Origin: Tubulanus polymorphus
Taxonomy: Eukaryota > Animalia > Nemertea
NCBI RefSeq assembly: GCF_964204645.1
Contig: NC_134036.1
Location: forward strand, 8,969,859 to 9,033,858
Length of the DNA: 64,000 nucleotides
Reading direction: 5' to 3'
In this document: one piece after another, positions 21,794 through 34,100 of the stretch
Layout of the letters: every line of letters starts with the position of its first letter
Numbering within the stretch: the first letter of the stretch is position 1
Notes under the pieces: model-generated
Seen by the model: the letters and a program-made list of their open reading frames with translations, nothing else
Database searches by the model: none
Told to the model about the DNA's origin: nothing
Program-made: the position numbers and the translations under genes

Positions 21794-22125
21794 TATCTGA
21801 TGTGTACGAAGAAAAACCGTCTTTTTCAAGACCAACTTAAAATTCCAAGAAAGAGTCAGACCGTTGCCTAGCCTCGCTTTGCTTTTTCTTCAAAAAACTT
21901 CTTTTTTTACTTCTTTTTTTTTCAAAATAATTCCATTCCACAAGTCGTTAATAATTATTATGCGTCAGAACTAGTATATCGTCGATATTTCGAGAGCAAA
22001 ATACGCACAAGTACAACCGAGACGCGTCATTTAGATCATCTTCAACTAAGTCTACAATCAAGTCCTAGGTAAGTGTAAAAAACAAAAACTTTATGTTTTA
22101 TTCCATTACATCAGTTTGAAATAAT

Positions 22126-22543
22126 TTACATTATAGTCTGTAACAATCTCGTCATTTTCCTTGGTACTTTCGAAAAATACTTTTCAATTTCAGTCATATC
22201 CATTCCGTGACGTAATAATAGTTGTACAAACATCGCGTAATAACCACAAGTATCAGACATAACATTTTGATATTGGATAGATTTACAATTTTCGTGCATA
22301 TAATTCGTTAAGATTTCATTATAAAAATTCGGCGATTTGCCAAAATCCAATTTTAGATCCGTCTATAAATTTGCTTAACCAATGAGTACCCGGTTCGTAC
22401 GAATTATCGTTATTTACAATGAAACCATAGGGTTTCAAACCATTTATCGCACGCATCATATCGCATGGAAAAACGCCTTTAAATCGAAGTTTTATACATT
22501 CGTCATTTTTCATTAATTCTAAAATCTGATTAGTGTATAACAT
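22126..22543 (-). pseudogene. Second adenain-like protease, frameshifted
   Basis: MLYTNQILE..GVFPCD..FIVNND..EPGTHW in one frame; YQNVMSDTCGYY in the next. Confidence 0.85.
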
Positions 22544-22575
22544 GATAAAAATGAACTTTAAAAAATCGAACGCCT

Positions 22576-22700
22576 TTAAAAATCAATGGTAATGTCTCTG
22601 TTTTCAGCGACTTGCAAAACTTCGCCAAACACGGCGAGTAAAACTAAATTTACATCGGTCGGTAAATCTTTATCCTATCGTAACTGAATTTTTTATGATG
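22576..22700 (-). pseudogene. Second Maverick-type MCP C-terminal relic
   Basis: KIQLR*DKDLPTDVNLVLLAVFGEVLQVAENRDITIDF*, homologous to 20390-20500. Confidence 0.55.
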
Positions 22701-24265
22701 CACGTTGAATAAGCGATAAATGGTTATCGCCCAATACAGGAGATATATTGAAAATACACATGAACATACAGACGCTATCGTACAGTAGAAAATTAACTAA
22801 TCAATGTTTGTTCAAATTTGGAGGGTACTGGCTTTTAGATTTTAAGGGAATGAAAATCGATTGTGGAAAAACCCTGCACCGTAAGGGTATTTTAAGAAGC
22901 TGGAACTTAGATGAACGCTCCCGAAGCGAGACCTGGCAATTTTTATTTCATTGCAGACGTCTATCAAAATGAATATCAAGGCTTATTTTTAGCGGCTAAG
23001 ATCGATGTTTTTGTTTTGGCATGCAAGGACGTATATGGCAGCAGGTGATGGTCGAGATCGACATGGTGGTTCGCATCGAAAAAAGCAGATTAAATTATTC
23101 GCTCCTGTTTCACTGGTTCTTTATCATGCATGAACATTCACAACACCACCAGACTCCCTGTTCTCTAATTGTGATTGCTGCTAGTAATCGTTATTTTTTC
23201 CCAAGTGATCACCCGATACCACAGAGCACTGATTTCTGATTTCCTGCTCGCCTGTTTGAGGTATGGATCAAGTTGCACATGTCCTTGCTTGATATCCGGA
23301 TGTATGATTTTAAAAAAGATATCAGAAATGAACTATTCTAAACTCTATATTCAAACTGAATATGGAGCTACGGAGCTAAGGATATGATGAAATTACTTTT
23401 TATTGTGTTAACTCTTTATTCGAGCTTATGAATGATTAACATTGTGATACAACATCGAAATTATCAGATGATGGTTCGTGAGGACAACATCTTCCCATCA
23501 ATTGTGAGCAACATCCACTGGGGGGTCCACCAATCAGCCAGTAGGAACCGAATTTACCGTTACAGTAACATGGCAATCCTCTCCTTTCAATTTCAACTTC
23601 TATGATTTAGAAATTGGGAATTTGTTAATAACAAGACCAAACTACAAATATCGAACCAAATGAACCAAATAAATTACCTTCGACAGCAATGGCTCCAATG
23701 GCCATAAACAAGGCCAAGTCGATGAGCAGGGTTTTGTACATTCTAAAGAAAGTAAATGATTAATTTGATGGTTAAATATCGAATCACTGATAAGTTGTCC
23801 GTAACGATAAGCATTAGTCACGGATAGTTTTCCGTGAATACCCACGACCCAGCGATCATAGTTAGTGTAGTTACGTTCAGGGAAAGGCAACATGTGAAAT
23901 GAGGTTATAAAAAATTCAGTTTATTTCCAATCCACCTTTCCAATGCATTTCTTTGAAAGAATCGAACGATTGAGATTTCATATTTTATTTTCGATCACTC
24001 ATCATCGTTCGATAACTATAATTTCCATTTGAAGCACGAGCGGAGCCGATGGCGCGTGTGCGATCATTTGAAGGCTTTACGGCTTTTTCTTTGATAAAAT
24101 CCTCCGAAAGTTTATGAGTTGAAATGTATGAATGACATACGTGGCAAAAAAATCAATACGGTATTTCAAAATGTTTCATATGTTCAAAGAAGTCCCCCGG
24201 TATGCTGGATAACACGTTGAAACACTAGATACACGATTAGAAAATGTGATAACGGTGTCAGAAAT

Positions 24266-27200
24266 CGGTATTCGAAAAACGCCTTATAAAAATACCGATT
24301 TGGAAAACGCATAACGCCTAATTCATAGGAACATCCAAGAAATTTACCTAAATCCCTGCGTGAACTATGTACGCAACGTTACATAGTTCACGCAGGAGTG
24401 TGTGGAGCCCCGCTTGATACATCTTCCAAAACACAGGCTTATCTATGTTGTTATTTCATATGAACATTATTATGACAAATGTAGCTGCAAAGCTACGTAT
24501 TTAATACGTATCAAATACATTGATACCTAAAACCCCCTTTTTGATTAACTTATAGTTCATACATTTCAGCTAATTTAACATATATTCGTGATTTATCATT
24601 TAGTTTATGAATATACAATCTACGCAATTTAATACTTAAACAGTTTAACAATCTAATGGATTCATTGTAATCCTCTTTAATTAATGATAAATGTAAATAT
24701 ATAATTGAATATGATTTATACTTTTCCAAATATTTATAATAAATCTGTGAGATATATAAATATTGAAACAGAAATATATATGATAAAACTATTTATGATA
24801 TTTATGTACTAGACGTACGAGTAAGAATCCAAGAATCCAAGTAAGAATCTTCAGGAATAATGAATTCATTATTCCTGAAGATGACAATTAGGATATAGTC
24901 GTTGAAATAAACTGCTATCTCGAAGTTTCATTTTCGGACTTTTTATTATCATTGTGGGATTCTCTCCCCATCGCGTCAACACGGATATAGTGTTCTACCA
25001 ATCGTAATAATAATAATAAATATAGCTGCAAGCAGCGATAACGGGTTTCTGCCTTTCTGGATAGAATGTCGTTCAGGGATGCGAGCCAAGATTTCACACG
25101 AAATCCGTTCGTCACATTTCGTTTTTTGAAAGAGTGCCACCTAGGGTCAACTCACAGCATGGATATGTTGACCCACATGTGCTACTACGCGCATGTGCTA
25201 CTACGCGCAAAGTACTAATGTGCCAGGTTTTGGGGGAAATAACACCGAGAAGAACGAAGCTACGGTGTTTTTACCATTCGCTAGTGACAGTTTAAGCGCA
25301 TATTCGGTTATTATTGGTTCCGGAAAAAGTCATTGGCCTAAAGGGTAAACTATGCAGGAAGGAAGGCCTTATAGTGTTACTATTAGTAGAGGAGTGACTA
25401 ACAAGTCAGTCAGACAAGTCATCCGATCAGATGGGGACTTCATTTCACATATGAAATTGACGTCCAATAACCATTATAAAAACATAATCACGAACGGTAC
25501 ATCACTCCCCATTACTGACTGTCTGTCACTGACCTCTGGCTTGCTATCATTCTTTATCGGTGCAGTTGGTAGGTATTTTCAACTGACTTTGTTCTTCTAT
25601 GACATTACCATCGCCGCTGCGTCACGATGTGATGTACATGTACAAGGGACCTCCAATGTGTAATGTATGTGATGTATAAACTGACTTTAGACCGTTTAAT
25701 ATCACCGATAACAAGGTATCACCGTCGCTGACATTTTCAGACGCTAACTAGTATGACCCGCCTTTTGGACCGGAACAATTCAATTCATTTAAGAAAGCGC
25801 GTACCGGTACAATAAATAAATAAACTGCTGTTGATTTTTCGAAGTATTGATATCCACGAACAAAACTATACTATTATAGAAATTTATTATTAAGTCTCTC
25901 ATTGGTTCGGTAGGCCTAATCTATAAGCGTGATTGTGAACCGTTTTAAAGGATAATTAGGGTTTTCTAATTCTTCACAGAAATTGAGATTCGCGTGATTA
26001 TTATTATTTTTTTTCACTCCTTTTCACACCCCTTTTCCACTCAGTTTTTGTTAAAAGTGCAAAGGCTTCCTTACCTTACCGCTGTTGCCGATACAATCAC
26101 TGTCGAGCCGTAAACATCGAAAATTTGGCCTCGTTCAATTAGTAGCCATGTTGTGTTTTCTTCCGACATTTCTCTCTTCTTTTTGTGGAAGAGATATCGA
26201 ATTATTCCCTCTCTTCTCCACAATCAATTTCTAAGTCAATTCTATGAATTTATTGCTCAGCGGGTCCGAGTCAAAGAGTTTACGAGCCCGGTGGTCGCGA
26301 GTCCAACAGGTTAACGGGCATTTGTTTGTTACCTCTTTTATATTATTGATTTCTTGTTATTCCGGTTATTTCATTTAAGTATATTGCTGATCAGTTCATG
26401 TAAACAAAAGCGTCAATAAATTTTGAATTGATCAAGTTTAAATCAAGGTCGTTGGCCTATTAAATAGTAGCCAATACCATTTTGAGTACGAAGTTGTTAC
26501 CCGTACGTGACTGAACGGTGATATCCACAGGTTAACCGTACGTGGGTTCCCTTCAAACGCCGTGCGTGAGTTCTTATAATCTGCAAACGCGCATGCGTGA
26601 AAGAATAGAGTTTGGGTAAGGTGAGGCTAGGCTATTGGTAAATCAAATTTCAAGCACCCTGCAGTTACGTTATGTGGCATAGTGGGTAAATCACTGGACT
26701 ACTACTGGATTTTTTTTTTGTTTGGTTTCGAATCCCAATATTGCCAGTCTGAGCGTCAACGTCCTCACATACGGCTAACCTGTAGAAATCACCGTACAGT
26801 CATGTACAGGTAACAACTGCGTTTTAAGTATTAAGTGAGTTAGATAAGCCTACCATGCCTATGTACTACAAACAGAACTTTTTGCCTCTCGTCGGCCCTA
26901 CAGTGATGTTACTATAACTGGTGCCATTATAACATGGATAGGATTTGGTCAGGACTAGCCTAAAGTCTAATTCAGTCTATTCACTAATTCACTCGATATG
27001 CCTATTTTTAAGCCTATTATTACAATACAGTGAAGTATTCACACGCAGAAAGGCTAATTGAACCATGCAATTAAATTTACTCAGGCCTTCTCGGACCTGC
27101 TGACATTAATAGTCAAACCTAGATCAAAAACGTACATGTGGTCACGGCTTGTATACCAGAAATCATTGTAGGCCTGTACAATTTGCTTTACGTAGGTTTG

Positions 27201-28807
27201 GTATACCGATTTCTCCAATCTTGACTGATAAGTGTACGGTACAGCTGCATGCATTATACAATTGTACCAATGGGAATAGGGCCAATTGATTGGGCTTATT
27301 ATTTCATGCTTTAGAATACTGAAATAAGCCTAACCTTCATTCAAATATCCAACATCGGTTAGTTTCGAAAGTTTGATTATGGTATACATGTACTGTAGGT
27401 TTTCATGTTGTACGAATATTTTGCAGTTCAAATGGGTATGATGCTGATTCCAATGTAGAATAAACACATGAAGTTTAATTGTCGAGGACAGTCAACACCA
27501 AGATATCTCTCTTCGACCGATCAACTCAAGCAAAGTGATTCAACACGATCGACATAACACTGGAATAGGTTTGCAGTGACAAACAGTTCATTTCATTTAG
27601 ACCTATGTACTTTTTAGCGAATTTGGATTTGATTGTAATTGAAACTCTGGAACTGTTAACAAGAGACAAGTAAGACAAGTTGAAAAAAACACAAGTTTTG
27701 CATGATTCTCATATTCAAATTTAATTCGAATTCAAATTTTTTTCATTACATCATATTTACAAAGCATATCATTGGTTCATACAAAATTAGGATAAAACAA
27801 ATGTTATTATATAATTTTCAAAAAGGCAATGAATTTCTATAACTAAATGAACATTATCTTTTCCATAACTCAGATCAAGAGTGACTCTCCCGTTTTTTAT
27901 GAAACACACGCAACTAGTGGAATAGGTTTGATTTACACACATGTTACAGGTATAAATTGTTTATCACTTTAGAATTTGTTATCCATAGAAGCCAAACATC
28001 AGCCGGAAACCCAGACCAAATCAATTCATGATTTATTGATTGAATCTACACTACAATATATGTATTTATTCAAATATTTCAATAAAAAGATTAACTTCTT
28101 AAATCTATTCCAAATCATAGTACGTTCTTATCTGTAAATTCACTCAATCTATCGACTCAGCAGGTACTTAAGATGAGTTCTTAATAGGACAGATCCATTT
28201 TAAGCATGTTGATAATACAGTATCATGATGTTTGAATGCCAAAATAAATGTCTGGTCGAATAAATTCATATTTGTAGATTGTTTGTCCACGTATGACGTT
28301 TGCGCAGTGGTTGCATATTAGGTTCGAATCTGTCAATGCATTTTATTCTATGTATCGGTATTTCAATTTACTACAACTCCCATCATTCTGAATGGCTTTG
28401 CAAAAAACCCGTTATCGCTGCATAGCAGCTATATTTTGAGAAAGGCTATTTTACCAGTCTTTGTGAGCTTTGTACCTACGAGCGTAGGTTGTACCATATC
28501 TATGCATTCCGGTTTCAAAATTCAAGAAAGCCCGTTTATAAGCGCGGCGTTTGTGTTCGCGTTTGGACTTACTTGCTTGCACGGCGGACATTCTATCATC
28601 TTCCTTTAATGCAGTTTGTAAGAGTAGTGTCTCGTTTCGTGAAGCGTAAAACACATGTATTCTCAAACTGTTCCGTCGATGATTATAATTGAGTTGGATT
28701 GTGACTCTCAGTAGATGATACAGTAACGAAATTAGGTCATTTTCTAGGCATTAGGCGTTATACGTTTTCCGATTCGGCATTTTTCGTTAGGCGTTTTTCG
28801 AGTACCG
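24266..28807. mobile_element. Non-autonomous Mutator(MULE)-like DNA transposon, 4.5 kb
   Basis: Imperfect ~60-bp TIRs (cggtattcgaaaaacgcc / ggcgtttttcgagtaccg) and a perfect 9-bp TSD gtcagaaat at 24257-24265 and 28808-28816; no transposase ORF seen. Confidence 0.85.
26489..26821. mobile_element. Nested MITE with ~55-bp TIRs and a near-perfect 9-bp TSD
   Basis: cgaagttgttacccgtacgtgactgaacggtgat versus atcaccgtacagtcatgtacaggtaacaactgcg; flanks ttttgagta / ttttaagta. Confidence 0.75.
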
Positions 28808-29345
28808 GTCAGAAATTGATTCAATCATGTAGATGTAAAATTGTAGAGGAAGGTGCTTAGGTTGGCGGGTTCTGTTGTGGTAGCCATTTTCTATTATTGA
28901 TGTCGTAAGGGGTTACTGTGGTCTAGGCCGGATCTTCGGTCCTGGTTCTTGACATCTGACAAAGCTCCCGTATATAACTCGTACAACTTCTCAAGGTATC
29001 TATCCCTATTTATTTTCTCTTAACCAGATGTGTCCAATCTTTTTCCCTCGTGCACCCTCCCTTATATGAATAAGACTCGCTCTTTCATTTTTTGTATTAT
29101 TTTTCTCTTTAGTAACATGTGCAGGCCATTTACCAAACATGTCCGCACCATATAAGGTTTGGTAAACTTGTTTATTTACATTACTACTATCTTTTGTTTA
29201 TGTATGACGGGAGCATCTCCGCCGGTTGTCTGGTAATAGCAACACTAGTCATGAACTCCAGCTTCCGTAGATTACTTGTTGCTATAGTTTAACCGCAGAT
29301 AACTGAAACCTTCTAATATATTCCCTGAAAGCTTGTTATTAATTG

Positions 29346-29536
29346 GGAATGTCTTATTTCAACTCAAAGGTCAAAGGTAGGGGGAATACTTTTAAACAAA
29401 GATATGAAAAATAATTCTAATTTCGCTTCGCTCCCAATTAATTTAATTTCAATATGTTTCAGATTAGAAATTAGAATTAACTCATATTTTTTTTTTTCAT
29501 TTTCCTTAAACCTTTTGATTTGAAACAAGACATTCC
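29346..29536. repeat. Small fold-back element
   Basis: ggaatgtcttatttcaactcaaagg versus ccttttgatttgaaacaagacattcc, with a second inverted pair inside. Confidence 0.6.
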
Positions 29537-29619
29537 TTATTACTCTGATAATTTCATATATTTGAATTTCAAATTTATGAATATCATATTTAAAGATATT
29601 TCGTATTTATTAAAGTTGA

Positions 29620-30245
29620 TATTTCTAAAATTGATTTTAATAAAAAGTTTGTATAATAATTTAGGATAATCTATCAAGTGTACCAACTGGTGTAAGTTCA
29701 TAGTTTGATATTGAGAAGAATAACGAAAATATTAAGTCTCATATGAAAGATATTATTGAAATAAAAGAATACGCTGGATTATATAATTAGTTTGAATGGA
29801 TATATTACAACTGAAGATAACTTATTGAAAGAATTAAGAGAATTTATTGATTATAATTGTGACAGATGATTGTCCAAAAGCCTTTCAATATTAATCCGAT
29901 GTAACATTCCAGCAATAGATTTTAATAAAAATATTATATATGGAAATTTAGTTTTGAATTAATTAATTTAGAAATTCATGTTACTGAAACTGATTATTTA
30001 TTGAAACTTTATTTTTAGAATGAATAATATATTTGATATATACGAAGTATCTTTTACTTGGGATGAATATATGCTGGCAGAATCAATCAAATTTGGTAGT
30101 TCATTGTGCAACAACAGGAAGCGGTAAAAGTTGGAATAATCATTTAGGAAATTTTAACAATCAAAATTAAGAATGCTGGAATAAATAATATATTTGGATT
30201 AAATGATATAAATAAAAAAATAATAATTGCGCCAAAATAATGGTA
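29620..30245 (+). pseudogene. Old, heavily decayed relic of the AT-rich virus (144-aa gene end and deleted 462-aa gene)
   Basis: Recognisable blocks: ccaaaagcctttcaatat, attccagcaatagattttaataaa, tgtgcaacaacagg and tttggattaaatgatata; many indels. Confidence 0.7.
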
Positions 30246-30249
30246 ATAA

Positions 30250-30952
30250 TTAATATCATGAATTTTATTTGATTTCTTATACCAATTACGCCCAATCAAA
30301 ATGAATACAATTACAAATCCAACTGTAAGATATAAATATTTATCAAATATTCTACTACCAGAAGGAGTAGAAATAACAATATTTTCAATATTATTAAAAT
30401 TTTCATTATTTATTCCTTCTTTTTTAGCTTTTTTAAATTCTTGTGATTTAATTCCTAATTGTCGAGACCATTCATTTTGTTTCTGTGATCTCAGTTTTTT
30501 CTTCACTTCTTCCACCATGTTCATTTATTATAGAAATATTTTTACTTTCAATATTTGAAAATGTTATAACTCCAGTTGATAATAATGTCATAAATCCACC
30601 TAATTGAAATGATAAATATCCAATCCATTTATTTAATTCAGTCATAACTAAATAATCATTTTTTAAATCAGCATATAATCTATTTTCTTCTTGAATTGAC
30701 AGCATATAATTACATAATTTACTATAACCTTATACTACATTTTCTGATATCGCATCATTAATTCTAGCTGTTCTCACGGTTTCATAAATCTTAAATAATC
30801 TAATAATTTCATCTGATTTCATTGTATCTAATTCATTATAAGTTAAATTTTTACCGATAAAATTTTTACATTTTTCAGATGCTATTAATATTTCTAATTG
30901 ATGTTTACAATGAAGATAATATTCATAATTATTATTTGTTGTAACATTATTT
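30250..30952 (-). pseudogene. Copy B homologues of the 107-aa gene and the 3' part of the 201-aa gene
   Basis: Match 60130-60850; the 5' part lies at 36781..36895, across the BEL insertion. Confidence 0.8.
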
Positions 30953-31164
30953 TGTGGCGATCGCCAGTAAATAGTTTATGTTAGTAGAAATAGGTCATCT
31001 CTGTAGTATCCCCGCCCTGCATGTCAATCATATTAGCATGAGCATGTGCTGTCCGCGGAGTCGGAAATAAACAGTTGTATTTTGCATATCAAACGAAAAG
31101 GGTCTTCTCTCATTCTTTCTCTGCATCGAACTGATTTCTCCTGTGGAACTGCAAGACCTCCACA
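30953..31164 (+). repeat. 5' LTR (212 bp)
   Basis: tgtggcgatcgcc...gacctccaca; matches the 3' LTR apart from a few substitutions and short indels. Confidence 0.95.
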
Positions 31165-31166
31165 TT

Positions 31167-31184
31167 TGGTGCCGTGACCAGGAT
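31167..31184 (+). promoter_or_regulatory. Primer-binding site complementary to the tRNA-His 3' end
   Basis: tggtgccgtgaccaggat, 2 nt after the LTR. Confidence 0.8.
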
Positions 31185-31195
31185 TCGCTGAGAAA

Positions 31196-34100
31196 ATGTC
31201 CGAAGACGACAGGAAACGACTTCTTCGCCTACGAGGTCCCTATCGGAGCCAGATTACGAAAACGAAAGGCAAGATAATAATCATTCTACAGAAAGAAGAC
31301 ATATCCGAAGCAGATTACGACTCCGTTCGAATTCACATCGATACGTACGTTCATAAAGTCGAAAAACTCATAGCGTTGGATGACAACATACTCCGTTTAA
31401 CACCAGATGCTGAAATGGACGAATTCCTCACCACATCTGACGATTACAACACAGAATTGGCGGAACAAGGACAATTGTTCAAATTAAAAATCGAGAAGAA
31501 GTTTCAATGTCGCCCCAACTCATTCAAACTCAGGATTCAAACGATCGGTGAATCTTCCGAAATTAACTCTTATGACGTTCGATGGAAACATTTTAGACTG
31601 GTTGGAATTTTACGATACGTTCAACTCGGCCGTGGCATCCGACCAAAGTTTATCCAATGTGCAAAAATTCCAATACTTGAAGGCCCAACTCGTTGGAGAA
31701 GCGGCCCACGTGATCAATGGACTTACGCTAACCGAGGGTAATTACGAACATGCAATGTAACTACTTAAGGACAGGTATGGTCAAAACCACATCATTATTA
31801 GTGCGTACATGCGGGCATTGTGGGAATTAGAAAAACCGTTGAATAACTACAATTCGTTAAGAGAATTTTACGATAAATTAGAATCATACATCCGTGCGCT
31901 TAAATCTCTTAACAAACCGGAGGACAGTTACGGTGATCTTTTAGTACCAGTTATTCAGGATAAGCTACCGATAGCTATTCTTCAACAGATTACTCGTCAA
32001 CGCGGTGACAATAATTGGACTATAACAGATTTATATCACTTCTAAAGGAAATCGAGGCATTACAGGCCGGAAATGCTACTGTGATCGAATCAAATTTTTC
32101 ATCCACAAGCATGTTTCTAACGCAATCTCGAAAATCTTACAAAAAACCGAACCCCGGAAACGCTAATCAAAACCACAATTGCGTTTACTGCAAACATCCG
32201 AGCCACAGATCAAATGACTGCAGAATCATTAGCAACACCGAAAAACGACGCGAAATAATTAAGAGAGATGGATTATGTTACAACTGTCTGGCTCACCATA
32301 AATTGAACGAATGCAGATCAAAGTTCCGCTGCCGAAAGTGTAACATGAAACATCACACATCCATCTGCGAAAAAGGTGATTCCAGCTGTCCAGACGAGAA
32401 AAACGAATTTAACGACCGTAGCAACAGGGAGTCAAATGACACCCATGTTAAATTAACACCCCTGGACGGACCGGTTTTACTTAAAACAGCCACTATCACC
32501 GTGGTAATCGGAGATACAGAAACAGATGTTACAGTTCTTTTTGACGAGGGCGCTCAACGATCATTTATAACCCGACAGACAGTCGAGACTCTAAACGCCA
32601 CGTGCAACTGCTCAGAAAGTGTGAACATTTCTTCCTTTGGCGGGAATTCTGGGGTACGCAACCTCCCCGTTATCGAATTTGCGGTGAAAACAAATGAAGC
32701 CGACATAAACATCAATGCACTCGTTGTACCGACCATTTCAACGCCAATGCGAAATCATATTTCGAAACGAGTACTAGATCTACCGCATATCAGGAACCTG
32801 AAATTAGCCCCGCACGTCGAATCGAACATTCACGATATTGGTTTACTCATTGGTGCGGACTATTATTGGTCGTTCATTGGTGACCACATAGTGCGTGGTA
32901 AAGGCCCGACTGCCATATCGTCAAAAATTGGCTACTTACTATCTGGACCTTTACCACCTAGCTGTGAAACCAAATCGTACACTGTAAACACCGCTACGAT
33001 TATGAACGCGACCATCGACATTCAATCGCCCAAAGCAGAAGAGATCGAATTGAGAAATTTTTGGGATCTCGAAACTCTCGGCATTAATGAGTCTGAGACC
33101 GACAAGGACGCCGAAATCTCGTTCTTGGATTACAAGGATAATTATATCAGCATCGATGAAAATGGCAGGTACGTAGCCAGCCATGGAGCTACAACCACGC
33201 CCCTTTAACAACGAACAAACACGTCGCTGCAAGTAGGACACGCGCCATGGTTAAACGTTTATCATCGGAAACCCGACACCTCTACGATCGAATTCTCAAA
33301 GACCAACTCGCGCGTGGATTCATCGAGAAAATAAACGACACGAGCGATAGTGGACATTATCTTCCCCACCATGGGGTACGGAAAGATTCGTCTACTACCC
33401 CGTTACGCATAGTGTTCGATTGCAGCTGCAAAATAGGTGACGCGTGTAGTCTAAACGATTGTTTGCAGAAAGGACCTTCTCTTATCAACGACCTTGCCGC
33501 TATCCTCATCAGATTCCGTATTCACAAAATTGGCATATCATCGGATATAGAGAAAGCCTTCTTACAGATTGGACTAAATGAACAGGATCGCGACTACACA
33601 AAGTTTTTCTGGATTAGCGACCCGGCAATCCCAAACAGTGAGTTCGAAGTCTATCGGTTCAAAGTTTTTCTCTTCGGAGCCGTAAGCTCACCGTTCATTC
33701 TCAATGCTACTATTAAAAAACATTTGATGAACTATGATTCGGATACATCTCGTGCTCTGGAAAGAGACATATACGTCGACGATATCATCACGGGTGTAAA
33801 CTCGGAGACCGAAGCGTTAGACTTCTACAACGAAGCTAACCGGATAAATAACGCGGCAGGACTAGTCCTGAGATCTGGGTCTTCGAATAGCGTATCAGTG
33901 ATGCAATCAGTAACTAAAAACAATATACACGAAACTGATCCATCGACCAAAGTATTAGGACTTATTTGGAACGCTAAGGATGACGTAATTAGTTTTCAAT
34001 CGAAGTTAACCGCGCCGGATACGACCTACACGAAACGAGAAATCCTTAGCAAAATAGCTAATACATACGATCCACTCGGATTCCTAGCGCCTGTCGTAAT

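Noticed and set aside
19934-22543. Adenain genes as part of the AT-rich virus
   Set aside because: Different base composition, no TAAATG starts, and linked to a different MCP type.
26664-26746. Functional tRNA gene
   Set aside because: Only A/B-box-like motifs; no clean cloverleaf, and an internal T-run.
28940-29260. Possible LINE (RTE-like) fragment on the minus strand
   Set aside because: Only a faint QVYQTLYGA resemblance; too decayed to support.
29346-29536. Hairpin telomere of the viral genome
   Set aside because: No counterpart at other viral boundaries; more simply a small MITE-like fold-back.
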